Positions 1 through 14,029 of a DNA stretch of 64,000 nt are shown here, one piece after another (the stretch's first letter is position 1; each line of letters starts with the position of its first letter). This DNA is from Camelus dromedarius (taxonomy: Eukaryota). Below the pieces are notes generated by a model. The model did not search any database. It was not told the DNA's origin and was given only the letters and a program-made list of their open reading frames with translations. Made by a program: the position numbers and the translations under genes. The stretch is from NCBI RefSeq assembly GCF_036321535.1, contig NC_087437.1:34350001-34414000 (forward strand). Direction: 5' to 3'.

Positions 1-1259
1 GTATGACTCAGTTACTCCTTCCACAAGTATTCCACGCTCACCATTTGCCGAGGATTGTTCTCAGCACAGGGATTTGGCAGTGAACAAAAAAATAAAAATC
101 ACTGTCTTCACAGAGAGATAAACAAAGATAAATAATAGTGGTAAAAGTATGGGAAACAGGGGAGGGAGACAATGTCAGGGATAGTGGTGTATTTCAAACA
201 GAGTGAAGATCAGAGAAGGCCTCCCTGAGAAGCTGCTGTGAAGGCCTGAAGGAGATGAGTCAGAGACTCCATGTTGACAGAGGGAAGAAAAAGGCCCTGA
301 TGGAGGAGTACTCCCTGGGCCCCGCCGACCACTGCTCTTTGAAAAATCTCTCTCCGTATAGCATTGCTCTCTTCTGGTTTCTGCTCTCCTTTCTAAATGT
401 CCTCAGTCTTTTTTTTTTCCCCTCTTTTTCTCCTATATTCTTCCCCTAGGTAACTTCTTAACTGTTAGTCTTAGAGTTCCAACCAGCTTTTTCATACTTT
501 CCCTAGATTTCTTCAACTATACCTGGATGATCATGACCATAAATTTATTTATCTAGCCCCAATTCTTCCTTCATCAATACACTTCGATATTCACTTTGAT
601 ATTTCCAACTGCCCACCAGATATCTCCACCTAGATAGGGTCCACCCCACAGAGACTTCAAACTCACGTATTCAAACTCTAAAGGTCCAAAACTTGTATGT
701 TCTCATGTTCCTCTACCAGTCACCCACACTAGAAAAGCTGAAGTTGTTCTCAAGTGCCTGGCCTTACCTCACCACGTCTCTTTCCACCCCCAACCACAAT
801 GTTTTACTAATTTTACTGCTGATTTTTTCTTACATGAAATCTACCCTTTCCATCTCCTGGTGAGACTATTATAGGAGCCTCCTAGTCACCACCCTCACCT
901 CCGATCTATCAGAAGTTATCTTTCAAGTCATTCCCTTGACTACAAACCCCCAAGTCTCCTCACTGCCTCTATTACAAAGCCTAGTAAGACTTCAATGTCT
1001 GGTCCCACCAATATTCCAGCCACCCAGGACCCAGGACCCAGAGCAGTCCCTTTGTACACCTTCACCATTCTTTCAAGATCCCATGCATCTGCTCTTATTA
1101 TTATTTCCTTTAACTGACTGACAAAATCCTACTCAAGATAATTTTGTGGAATAACTAAATAAAACTAAATAAAAACTAAAAATACTAAGAATACAACTTC
1201 CAAAGAGGGAAAAAAAGAGATAATTTTGTGGAAAATTCTAAGTCTCTGTTCCTATTCAG

Positions 1260-1762
1260 GAACTGGGATTTTAAAAGGGAAAATCGATCATGTTACTTCC
1301 ATTCAACAGCTTTATGATAATCTTAGGATAAATCCAATACACCTAACTTGCCCTATGAAACCCTCAAGTCCATCTCCCTTTTGCTCATTACTCCTTCCCA
1401 CCTCAGAGCCTTCCCTCTGCTTAGAACATGTCCATCCCCATGCCCCACCCCACCCTCAGTCAGCTTCTACTCTTCATCCTTTAGAACTCAGCTCAAATAT
1501 CATTTGCTTTGCTTAGAAAAATCTCTGCTGATGCCCCCTACCCTAGGTCAGGTTCCCCATTCATAAAGTCGTATGGCACTATGTATACTACCTTCAGGGC
1601 AATAATCATAACTGAAACGAACAATTAACTGGATAATTAACTGTCACCTCCATTTGAATATGTTTCATGAGGGTAAATGTCTGCCATGTTTATTATTATA
1701 GCCCAAGCACCAAGGAGAATAAATTGTCTGCAGGAGGCACTCAATAAATACTGAATGAATAA
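1260..1762 (+). mobile_element. Ancient L2 LINE 3' fragment
   Basis: Ends in the typical L2 terminus 'ggcactcaataaatactgaatgaat' after a pyrimidine-rich body; boundaries approximate. Confidence 0.6.
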
Positions 1763-4000
1763 AAGGTAACTAACTACCCAGCAAATGAGCTACCACTTAA
1801 CAATCTCTCACTGTTTTTCACTCTTTTTTTTCCTTTCTTATAGCGCAATGCCTTAAACATTTCCTGGCTCTTCTATGTTCTTCTTGCACAGAGCATATAT
1901 TCAATAGATTGAATGTATTCCTCAAGTGGATTTTATTTGCCAGACTCATACATTACTTTACAAATACTTACTGAACACCATTGTAGACCAAGTACAACGA
2001 CTCTAACAGTGTTCTTAGGAGACAGGACACTGTTAATGAATCTTGATTTCCATATTTTAAACTAGAAATGCCCAAGTAACATTTCAGGGCTCATAAATAT
2101 GAGTGTATGTCAAACTTCTCACTTCTTATAAACCTCTGTGTTATGCATTGTGAGCCCATTTGAATTCACAAGACAGCTAGAAAAGATTTCTCGATGTTTT
2201 TTTTAAAATGAACTTTTTCTAGTCAATTCTTAATTCTGAAACAAAGAGTTTATACAAATCACAATTTTGCTAAGATAATTTTTAAGTCAAAGATAATTTT
2301 CAGCTTAAAATACTGCTTTGTGATTTCTAGTTAACTTCCAAATTACATTTATGAAGAAGAAAAGTAGGAAAGTAGAACAAAGTGCCATAGGGAGTCACAG
2401 CAACTATATCTTTTCAGGATGAAAAGAAAACGAAATATCAGAAAAGGCCTTATTGTTCTGTATCCCACTTGGAACATTTCTGCTACTCTTGTGATATTTT
2501 AGTAATAGTTGAATACACATAAAATGCAAAAGAAGACAAGAATGTTATATTTCTACTCTCTGAAATACAATTTTTGGGAAGATAAAAAAAATTTCTATGT
2601 CCTGAAAAGCACCTAATATGAAGATAGTGAAAAAATTATTGATGACAGTGATGATGAAGAGGAAGCAGAGTAGTATTAATCTGCTTAAAATTATATAATA
2701 ATGCTGTATACCAGAAATCGACACATTGTAATTGACTATACTGCAATAATTTAAAAAAAACCCTAGGGGAAGAAAAAGAAAAAAATTTATATAATAAAGT
2801 ACATTTAAGATGGTTGCTCATTTGTAACATATTGTCATATTTTCAAAACTGAGACAAAAAAGATTAGGTGACTGGTGATTCCCTGGGCTGCTTAGCACTG
2901 CAGTGGTGGTGGCTCTGTCCTATTCTGTGGATTAAGAGTGTAGCTCTCAGAGCTCCAAGAGACCCTGAGTTTGTGCTAGTAGTAGACCAAGCCCTCATAG
3001 CCCAAACTCCTAAAGGATTCATTTCAGTAGTAAACAGTTCTGAATCAAACAAAAAAAAAAAAATTGTGGATCTTCTATAAAAGTCTTCTTTTTCCACCAA
3101 GAAACCCACAACTTGTGTCTATCCTGGAACCAGATGATGAAGTTGCACCACAGAACTAAGAATGGCCAAAGGCTTCATTACCCTGAAAACTGTTCTGAAG
3201 TCCAAAAATGTCAATTGTGATGCTCAATATTCTAAATATGGCCAAGGGATAATGTTGCCTTTAGTAGGTGCCTTCTCTCTACATCTTTTTTCATCTTCCC
3301 AAGGTTCCTCTGATATATTCTGCCTCCTAGGATGAATCAGAACATTCCATTTTATTTTGTCCCCAAGGAGAAGCACTCCCACATAGTCTATAAACTCCAT
3401 GAAGACAGAAGCCATATCTGATTCAACACCTAGCATAGTGCCTGGCTCAAAGCGAGTACTCATAAACATTTTTTGAATAAATGAATGAATAAAAGGCTAA
3501 GGAAATCAACTAGTCCACAGAGCTGGGAGCAAGGCTGGCCCTGTTTTGGGATTAAAAATCTGTTGCATCTGCATGGCTAGAGGTGAGCTCTCTTTCTGCC
3601 ATCTGAGTCCAGAAGGATCTGGGCAGGTGGCCATGATCATTTCTGCTCTAGGTGGTGGGGCAAACTCTCTTGTGGCTCTCCTTATGGGCTGATATGTACT
3701 AAAATGGCTTGTTTCTAACTGGATTAATAAAATCTGAAATTCTGGTAGGAACTTGAGAGGCAAAGGGTTAGCCTTCTTTGGTTCTAGGCTGTGAAGTCTA
3801 CCTAGGCTAGGCACCTCTCCAAGTGCAACTTAGCTCCTCAGAATTTGCAAAGTGACAAAGTATCCATTTTCTGGCCAGTGCCCTCTGTGCTTATATATTT
3901 CCCCTAGAGCAGAAAGGGCAGATGATGGGAGACAAAATTGAGGAGTTAGAAGCCTTTATCTTAGCCATTTACATTGTTTACCTAAAAATATCAGTTACTC

Positions 4001-5491
4001 ATAAATCAATGGAACAGGATAGAAAGCCCAGAAATAAATTGACACACTTAAGATCAATTAATCTATGACAGAGGAGGTAAGACTATATATTGGAGAAATG
4101 ACAGTCTCTTCAATAAGTGGTGCTGAGAAAACTGGACAGCTACATGTAAATGAATGAAATTAGAACATTCTCTAAGACCATATGCAAAAATAAACTCAAA
4201 ATGGATTAAAGACCTTAATGTAAGACTGAATACTCTTAAAAATCCTAGAGGAAAACATAGAACAATCTTTGACACAGGTTGCAGCAACATTTTTTTTTTG
4301 ATCCATCCCCTAGAATAAAGAAAATAAAAGCAAAAACAAGCAAATGGGACCTGCTTAAACTTAAAAGCTTTTGTAGAGCAAAGGAAACCATAAACAAAAT
4401 GAAAAGACAACCTATGGAATGTGAGAAAATATTTGCAAATGATGAGACTGAAAAGGGATTAATTTCTAAAATATAGAAACAATGCATATAGCTTAATAAC
4501 ATTTAAAAAAAAAAAACCCAATCAAAAAATGGGCAGAAGACCTAAACAGACATCTCTCCAATGAAGATGTCTAGATGGCCAGCAGGCACATGAAAAGATG
4601 CTCAACATTGCTAATTATTAGAGGAATGCAAATCAAAACTACAATGAGGTATCACCTCACACCAGTCAGAATAGCCATAATTAAAAAGTCTACAAATAAT
4701 AAATGCTGGAGAGGGTGTGGAGAAAAAGGAACCCTTCTATACTGTTGGTAGGAATGTAAATTGGTACAGCTACTATCGAGAACAGTAGGAGGTTCCTTAA
4801 AAAACTAAAAATAGAGTTACCACATGATCCAGCAATCCCACTTCTGGGCATATATCTGGATAAAACTATAACTCAAAAAGATACATGCAACCCCAATGTT
4901 CACAGCAGCACTATTTACAATAGCCAAGACATGGAAGCAATCTTAATGTCCATCAACAGATGAATGGATAAAGGAGATGTGGGGTGTGTGTGTGTGTGTG
5001 TGTGTGCGCGTGCACGTGCGCGCATACAATGGAATATTACTCAGACATAAAAAAGAATGAAATAATGCCATTTGCAGCAACATGGATGGACCTAGAGATT
5101 ATCATATTAAGTGAAGTAAGTCAGAGAATGACAAATTTCATATAATATCACTTGTATGTGGAATCCAAAATAAATGATACAAATGAACTTATTTACAAAC
5201 CAGAAATAGACTCACAGACATAGAAAAACTATGGTGACCTAAGGGGGAAAGGGGAGGAGGAAGAGATAAATTGGGAATTTGGGATTAGCATATATACACT
5301 ACTGTATATAAAACAGATAAACAACAAGGATGTACTGTATAGCATAGGAAAATATATTCAATATCTTGTAATAACCTATAATGGAAAAGAATCTGAAAAA
5401 GAATATATATGGATATGTATAATTGAATCACTTTGCTGTACACCAGAAACTAACACAACATTGTAAACCAACTATACTTCAATTAAAAAAA
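4001..5491 (+). mobile_element. 5'-truncated L1 (ORF2 C-terminus, 3'UTR and A tail), antisense to IFT80
   Basis: ORF 4279..4476 contains KWDLLKLKSFCRAKETINKMKRQPMECEKIFAN (L1 ORF2). Frameshifted. Possible degenerate TSD aaaaatatcagttac / aaaaaaatcagtac. Internal (TG)n at ~4985-5006. Confidence 0.95.
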
Positions 5492-5666
5492 TCAGTACCC
5501 AACCTTAACATAAATCGAATATTATAAAAACAGACTTGAGTTAATCAAAACATGGCTATAAAAGTCCAGAAAAATGTTTAATAATATAATTATATAGTCA
5601 AAAGAAGACTGTAATATCAAAAGGCAAGAAGTAATTTTTAAAGAAATTATGGTAAGAATTATTCTA

Positions 5667-5957
<291 letters not shown>

Positions 5958-6551
5958 TCATCCCTCAATATTCCCTACCTTAACCATCTTGCAAATTCCT
6001 ATTTATACTTCAGGGCCTGGACCAAATATGACCTCTTTTCCTTGACCAGCTCTCCTTGCAGAAATAAACGACCATTATATCTTATCTGTGCTACATAGCA
6101 TTTTATACATATTATTATTACAGCCCTGCTTACAGTGTATTATAATTATTATGAATCTGTTTTTCCACTAACCTACACATTTACTGAAGCTCGGAGATCT
6201 GGGTTTCATTTCTCTTTGGTGAATAAACAGAGTGTATGTACGGTAAACGTTCACTGAAAAATTCTCTGAAGTCATAATAAAATTCAAGAATGAACTTCCC
6301 CAGTGTAAGTGGTTCGACTATCTTGCTCATGTTTCTAAGCCTGTAATGAATTTATTCTGTTCGATATTCAACTAAATACCAGTATCATTACATTATTATC
6401 ACTACAATAAATTAGAAATATTATAAAAATCAAATTTGAGGATAATAAAAATCTAACAAAATGCCTTTTTTCCATTTGGTTCTTAGAAATTAATAGGCAT
6501 TTAAATTTTATAATCCAATTAATATCTATTTATGTAACTAAGTTATTTACA

Positions 6552-6673
6552 GGGGAGGTAATTAGGTATGTATGTATGTATGTATGTATTTATTTATTTA
6601 TGGAGGTATTGGGGGTTGAACTTAGGACCTTGGGCATGCTAAGCAAGCACTCTACCACTGCCATACCTTCCCC
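6552..6673 (-). mobile_element. tRNA-derived SINE (Vic-1-like, camelid)
   Basis: Reverse complement reads ggggaaggtatggcagtggtagagtgcttgcttagcatgcccaaggtcctaagttcaacc..., with tail ...cctaattacctcccc. TSD tgtaa(c/t)taagttattt at 6533-6548 and 6677-6692. Confidence 0.85.
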
Positions 6674-8700
6674 ATTTGTAATTAAGTTATTTTTAAGGTA
6701 GTATTTTATTTAAATAGCAAACAAGAACTAAATGAATTACTAAAATCAGTGGTATAACACCAAAGACACAAAATCTATATATTGATAATTTGGAGGGAGA
6801 TGAAAAGATTATTCCTCAGTTCCAGGCCTATTTTTGCATACAGTCTTGGACAGCATCTCAGCCTGCGACCCTGTGCATAACTCATATTAGTTGAAGCAGG
6901 AACAATCTGGTGGAGTATAGCTCTCCTACACTGTTCACTGTCATCTTGTCCTAAAGTATGGGAAATAGTCATTATAACAGTCAAAGTACATTATTTCTCA
7001 AGTCCTCTTGCTTTCGAATATGACATATGACTTCTGAATAAGCCAGTCATGATTTATCAGAGCCAACTATTGTAAACCTGTTGTACTGGACAAAACTGAC
7101 TACTGACAAGAATTTTTGCAAAGTGTGACTCTTTAGTAGGAAAATCTGTTTCATTCCTAGCATGTTTTGGTTTGATGTAACTAGTGACTTTAAAAAGTAT
7201 TTTAGATATTCTGTATGTATTAATTGACAATTGATAGACAATTTAGAGAGATCTTAAAGACTTATTAAGAAATTACGAATGTCAGCTGTGTATAATACAA
7301 ATGATAATGCCAAAGTTCAGTACAACTTCTTACAAAAATATATTGGTATAAACAACAGTGCTAAATCCAAGGGTCAATATTTGCTGCCCATCACAAACTC
7401 CTCACAAAGTTCCCTCATTCCTCTGTGATTTTAAGTCTTTCAGAGAAAAAGAAGGTACACAGAAGAAGGTGTAGGGGGACTAGAAGACAGAGGAACAAAA
7501 GTTGAAAACAAGGGAAGGTAAAAACATTTCATAGAGGCTCAAAAGATAAGAAATGGAAGTAAGGATGCCTTCATTCTTCTAGCCCTCTCCCATAGCCTGC
7601 CCCCGTGTATCCCTAAGGCTCTGATTCCTGTGGTGCATGTGTGAGTGGAGACTCTGATGAACCACCTCTTTGGCACCTTAGAAGTTCCATTTCCCATTCT
7701 TTCTTTGTGACTGTACATGATGGAGGAAGGAGCTCTTGATTACGCAAAACTAGAAATGTTCTAAGTAGAAAATACATTAGCATCCATTCTGGGTTGGGGT
7801 TTTCAAAAATTCCAAAGAGATACCTTATTATGGGACATCAATACATTTTAATTACATAGAAAGGCTAGAATATGATGTCTAATCCTGCATTTAGATATTA
7901 GATAATAAGTATTATCTATTATTAGTAGTATAAAATATATATTAATTATCTGACTGAAGAGCAATGGAAAGGAAAGGAAAACACTCAAATGATATGTGCT
8001 ATTTTAAATGTTCTTTAAAAGCACACACTGGGCAAAAAAAGTTTCTCTACCACATTTAGGAGGGAATTCACTCCAAATTATATAAGACTTATGGGGACAG
8101 TATGTCTCAAGCTTTAAAATGGTTATTTGGCAAGCAAACAAATGTAACATTAGATTATGGGGCTGGAAAAAATCCATGTATCCTCTCTGATTTTAAATAG
8201 AAGGAAGTTATATAAAAAGATGTTATAACTTCAAAGTATAATTTTTTGCATAACTTGAATGAAACAAAATCACTTTATATAACTGGTATAAGTAGAGAAA
8301 CTATTTTTATTAATATTTACATAAAGGATCAATATGCATGCTTGGAGTTTCTCATTTCTTAACTTTAGTTTTTGAAAAAAGACTACCACCAAATGTCCAG
8401 TGTGAATGTCAAGCAGACAACTTGTGTATCTACAGCTCTTCAACGGCTGCATCTTATTAGGTTGCAGGCAATTTTCAAATTCAAATATAAATGAGAGAAG
8501 CACAAACCAGCAAGACTATGCTTCTTAAACAGAATAACACATATTAACAAAGTAAAATCTGTTCCCTTCTAAAGGATTCAAACAAATGGGGAATACAGAA
8601 ATTCAGGGATCATAAAGCAATCTAACACATTTGTCATCTGATATTTAAATTCTATCCTTCTAGAGTTCTGGAAGGATAGAATCAGAATATCACCATAATT

Positions 8701-8836
8701 GTGGTAGCTCACAGTGAAAAACATGTGACAATGAATATATGTATGTTCATGTATAACTGAAAAATTGTGTTCTACACTGGAATTTGACACAACATTGTAA
8801 AATGACTATAACTCAATAAAAAAATGTTAAAAAAAA
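8701..8836 (+). mobile_element. Very short, young L1-type 3' end insertion with TSD
   Basis: Ends ...gactataactcaataaaaaaatgttaaaaaaaa. TSD agaatatcac(c/t)ataatt at 8684-8700 and 8837-8853 (16/17). Confidence 0.85.
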
Positions 8837-8859
8837 AGAATATCACTATAATTGATTAA

Positions 8860-9530
8860 AGGATATGGGCAATGACTATCAATGACTATCAATGGCTGCT
8901 AACATCACAAAAGATAGACAATTAGACAACCAGTTATTATGCAAATATACATAACACCAATTCTGACAGATTCTTTACAAAAAGAAAAAAAAATTAAACC
9001 TAAATCTAAATTTTCTACATTCAACACCAATTCACAGCTAATTCAGGGGGGAGAGAGACATGTTAAATACACCACAAAGATGAAATCAACCAAGTCCAGA
9101 CTATGAGAAGTTTTACAGGCCCAGTTCCAGCAATGGCAAAATTGCAAGAAAACATAAAAAAGAACTAGGAGAACCTACAGAGTAAAGGAAACTTAACAAT
9201 GTATCAACCAATCACAATGTATGGATCTTTTTCGGATCCTGACTCAAACAAACAAAAAAAAGCATTTATGAGACAATTGGAGAACTAAGAACCTTGAATA
9301 CAATTACTTGTTAACTTTTTAAAGTGTGATCATGATATTGTAGCTGGATTTTTAAAAAATTTGAGATACATAGTGAGATACATAGATAAAATGATATCAC
9401 TGGCATCTGTTTTCAAAAAATCATGGGGAGTAGAGATTATTCACAAATTGATAACTGTTAAAGCTGAGTGATGGGGATACTGTTCTATTTTTGTATATGT
9501 TTGAAATTTTCTATAAATAAATACTTTTAA
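8860..9530 (+). mobile_element. Old L1 (L1MC-like) 3' region
   Basis: Decayed L1M 3'UTR motifs ending 'tatgtttgaaattttctataaataaa'; paralogous to 37800-38400. Confidence 0.65.
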
Positions 9531-9976
9531 AATTCCATCTTTTTTGATCCCACCTGATCTCTTTTGCTGAATCCTCCTCTTCAACCAGACCATAATGTGT
9601 TGACTATCAAGAGAATCTGCCTGCTGCCCTCTTTTCTTTTTCATTCTTTAAATTCCTGTAGGTAATCTTAGCCATACTCATGACCTCAATTACCCCAAAG
9701 GCTGATAATTTCCTCAGTAGCTTTCCCTCAATGTCTAGGACCTCTTCCAAAATTCACACCTATATATCCCACTCCCTGCAGGACCTCATGAACTGGATAG
9801 ATAAAGGTAATCAAAATTCAACAAATCCAAATTGTCAGACAGCTTAATCACCACCCTCTCTTCTCCCCACACAAAAAATTGACCATTTAGTACAGATCTA
9901 CACAGATCTGTGTAGTGGTCTACACAGTTACTATAACTAAGCAGGACCCTATTGTCATTGGTGACCACCTGATATC

Positions 9977-10808
9977 TGTAATGGTGTTTGTAACTGCTTA
10001 ACTGTATAATGGTTTAAAGGGTTTTTCTCAGGCTCTTGCTGACCAGGGTTAGGCTGGAGATGAGGAGGCTTGGGTGGTCCGCCCAACCCCCTTGTGGTGC
10101 TGTGTGCACAGATCATGCTCAGTGCCCTGCTCTTGCCCCCCATGCCTTCCTCTTGCCCCTCCCCATGCCTTCCTCTTGACCTCAGTGCCCTCCTCTTGAC
10201 CCTGACACCTCAGAAATAGCAATTGGGTGTTTTGTGCATCTTGTTGTTCATAACTTGCCCTAACTGCACATTTGTACTTATTTTTAGCCCCTTATGGTTT
10301 CCTTGTATCCTGTTGTTCAAGGTGCAGCTCTCAGCCTACAGCAGAAGGTTCCAGGCCTCAGCCTGCCTAAAATGCTAGAATTATTTAACAACCTGACTAT
10401 AAACTGCACAAGTTTTTCTCTAGACCACCTTTCCACAAACTCTCTTTCTAAGCACCCTTTGTTCTAGGCACAAGGATATTAGAAAAGTCCCAAAGCCGGA
10501 AGAGAGCTTCATACCCAGCAGAGGGAAGGGGACCACTGCATCTGCAAAAATAAGAACAACTTTGCGACAATTTATTACCCTATATGCCATCTCTATGGAA
10601 CCTAGCTCCACCCCTTGAACTTCTGTACTTTTACTATGAAACCCCCCTGCCTTCTCTCCCCAGCAGGCTCACAGTCTTAGAAGCATTAGCCCACTGTGAC
10701 CTCCTTTGCCTGGCAAAGAAATAAAGCTGTCTTTTTCTACTTCATCCAAAACTCTGTCCTTGAGTCTTAATTCAGTAAATGGAGAACGGAGGCCGTGTTT
10801 TGGCAACA
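9977..10808 (+). mobile_element. Solo ERV LTR (ERV1-like), ~832 bp, antisense to IFT80
   Basis: TG...CA termini (tgtaatgg...ggcaaca); flanks atatc / atacc (TSD, 1 mismatch); AATAAA at 10720-10725; internal ctcttg(c/a)cc repeats at ~10130-10203. Confidence 0.85.
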
Positions 10809-11394
10809 ATACCAAATGTGGGCTTACCCTGCTGCTAAAAGACACAGACAAATTCAAGCTCTGCCAGACTTTCCTGGAATATACACAACACACAAAATTA
10901 AAAAACAGGAAAAAACAAACAAACAAAAAAACAAAACCCCAAAACACTATTTGATAATATAAACCAGTTCTGGAAGTCTTACTTTATGAGAACGATTACT
11001 TACTCACTCCCAGGAGGAAAGGGAAATACACGTGGAGAAAAAAATCAGATCTTTTTAAAAGACCACCATCTACACAAATAGGCATGCAAGAAGTCTATTA
11101 ATTAATTAATCAACCAATCCCATAATTTTATCATTCATTCTATGTTTGAATATGTTTGCAGATAGGGATTATTCTACTCTCTAAGCAGGCCATTCTTTGA
11201 ATTATGTTGTTATAAATTGATTCTTACATTGGGTCCAAATATCCATCCCTCTTACCTCTAATTTTTATATTAGCCATATCATTTAGAATCAAAATTGTTA
11301 TCACAGAACATTGTTGGTTTTGTTCATTGCTGTCTCCTCAATGCCTAAAACCTGACACACTAGAGACACTCAATAAATAAAGAATGAACAATAT

Positions 11395-11630
11395 CTACCA
11401 CTTATGGAAGGTTTATTATGTGGCAGGCAGTATGCTAAGAGATTCTCACACACTCTTTTACTTAATCCTGACAACAAACAAGTGGTTTTTGTTATTATCA
11501 CCATTTTAAACATAAGGAAACTAAGGCTTACAGAGCCTCAGTAACCTATCCAAAATCACAGAGTTAGTAAGTGCAGAACTAAAAATCAAACCTACGTCTG
11601 ATTCCAAGGACCCTAATCCTAACCACCACA
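11395..11630 (-). mobile_element. MIR SINE
   Basis: MIR core in reverse: 'ccattttaaacataaggaaactaaggcttacagag...taacctatccaaaatcacaga'. Confidence 0.7.
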
Positions 11631-11949
11631 TTTGTCCTTGTCCCATTCAGCAGCCCTTTTGAACAAGTCATTAAAAATGACTAGACATTTCACTAAAAGA
11701 CTGTAATTGTTGTTGTTTTAAGGAAATCTCCATGTAATATCTAAATAAGTATGGCAGACACTCAATAAATATTTGCTCAATGAATGAATATGCAGTAGGA
11801 ACAAATATTCCAACTGGTTTCAGAAATATCTGTCAAATTTATAAATGAAGACAATACATAAAAGTTTCTTAAGAGTTTTTTAGCAATTATAATCACATCT
11901 GCTGATGATTTTAAGTCATTTCTTATCCAGTCCTTGATATTTATGCTTA

Positions 11950-12630
11950 AAGTGATGGGAAATTATGGGTTTCATTTAAGTGAGTCAGGGATCGAGAATA
12001 ATATGATCAGATTTCCATTGTGAAAAGATCATTAAGACTACCATGTGAAGAATGGATAGGCAAAGGACAAAGTAGATGCAGAGAGATCAGTGATGATGTT
12101 ATACCAAGAAAAACGTGGATCAGCTTAGACAAGGGGGCTGGGAGTGAAGAAGCAGACAAGTGTCAGAGGTATCTGGGAGAGAATATGGTTAGTTATTGGG
12201 GTTGTGGGGAAGGAAGGTAAGGAAAATGTCAAAAGTAACTCCTAAATCTCCAGCTTGGGGCAGACTGAAAAGATAAGATAGATTATCTTTGGAAGAGAAC
12301 CAAGTTTATGAGAAAATAAATGTAAATTTGAACTCAAAACAAATAAGACATCCAATGAAAATGTTGAGTAGGCAGGTGGATAACTGGGTTCTGGAAGCAA
12401 ATACAGGCAGGACAGAGCGGGAAGAGAGATGCATATCTGGGAGTCTTAAGTGTGTAAATGGTAATCTGAACCCTTGAACAATGCTCCTCGGCCTTTATCA
12501 ACTTATCAAGCAGGTGTATAAGTCTACCAGCATTTGACCAACCCATTGAATCATAGTCTGGATGAAAAGCAAGAAGCACAAGAAAAGGAGATGCCAGGTA
12601 GATAGGAGGAACAGAGGAGCACCCAGTGTT
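11950..12630 (-). mobile_element. Ancient L2 fragment
   Basis: Purine-rich decayed L2 motifs ('tgatcagattt...aaagatca', 'atgttgagtaggcaggtggata'); boundaries approximate. Confidence 0.55.
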
Positions 12631-14029
12631 TGTTCTTTTTCCCCATTACATCCTCTTTGCCTCTTTTCTTTTCCCTCTCCCTGAGAGCTAATATCTTAAG
12701 GCAAGGTCATCTGATGAAAATTGGAGAGAAGGGAAGAAGAGCACAGAGAGAAGGATGTAAAGATAGTAAGGAGGATTTGAAGTTAACAGCAGAGAATAAG
12801 TATGGTCACATGACATCAGTCTCAAAGGAACAGGGTTTTTACAAGAGAAGTAAAGATGTGGGGGGCAAAAAGGACACCAACTGCACTCACATCCAGACAT
12901 AAGGAATGTAGAGTTGGAGAGAAAAAACTGACTCCATTTGAGAGGACTGGTAGGGAAGGAATGTTCTCTGGAAAGAGGTGATTTTCACTTAGGTCAAGGA
13001 GATACAGGAAATGTTCAGAGAGCTGTATTACAGGCTATCAGTAGAAGCCATCAGAGGCAAACTGCTTCATTGTCCTGCTCGGACACTTACGCACTATGTA
13101 TCTACATCCAATGTTTGCAGAGGAAGTACACTGCAAAATGATTAAAAGTATTGCATGAAGATTAAGAACATGAATATTAAGTACCTACTATGTATAGATA
13201 ATATAAGATGTCCTTCGAGAAGTGTACAGTCTGAAAGGGGGAAAATGATATATTTACGAACATAAATAATGAAAGAGATAAACAGCAATCCAATAAAACA
13301 GTGTAAGTAGTGGTACCAGCAGTACATATTTAATTGTTTGGTGATACTAAGAAATTCAGGTCCCCTGATATTGGAAGGCTCAGGTTCAAATCTTTTATCT
13401 GCTGCTTATTTATGAGTAACCCTCAACCTCCTCATTTGTAAAATGTTGTAATGACCAAATAGATGATACATGAAAATTGTTTAATCCAATTCCTGACATA
13501 TCATAAGCACTCAATAAACAGTAGCGTCACTATTATTAATGACAATAAAATGGAATTCCTAAGTTGGTTGTAAGCTCTTTAAAATAAAATTTGTTTAAGT
13601 GTTTGTTATATTGTACAGTGTTCAGAGTGCTATATAAATAGCAATGTCTAGCATTTATCAACGTATTTTCTCAAAAACATTGGTTGAAAATATGCTGTAA
13701 GCACTATTCTTCTCTATTTCTTACGGAACTCATAGCTCTGTAATGATATATACAGTTTTCTGTTAGTTATTTAAGATAGAGTTTAAAAAATATTATTCAT
13801 ACTGTCTCTTTCCAAACTAGTTTAAAATTTATGAATTATGAATAAATTGAAGACAAGGATAATGGCCTATTCATGTTCGTAGAACTAAAAACATCTTTCA
13901 TGATTCTTTGCAGAGGTAAACAATGACAATGAATTTGTGTAAATAAAAGATAGAAACAGAGTGGCTTAATTGTATGAAGAGCATAGCTCATTACTGTATA
14001 AATTAGATTTATCTTTAGAGAATTACGAT

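Noticed and set aside
2004..2035. 9-bp inverted repeat taacagtgt / acactgtta
   Set aside because: Too short for a miRNA or MITE call; expected by chance in 64 kb.
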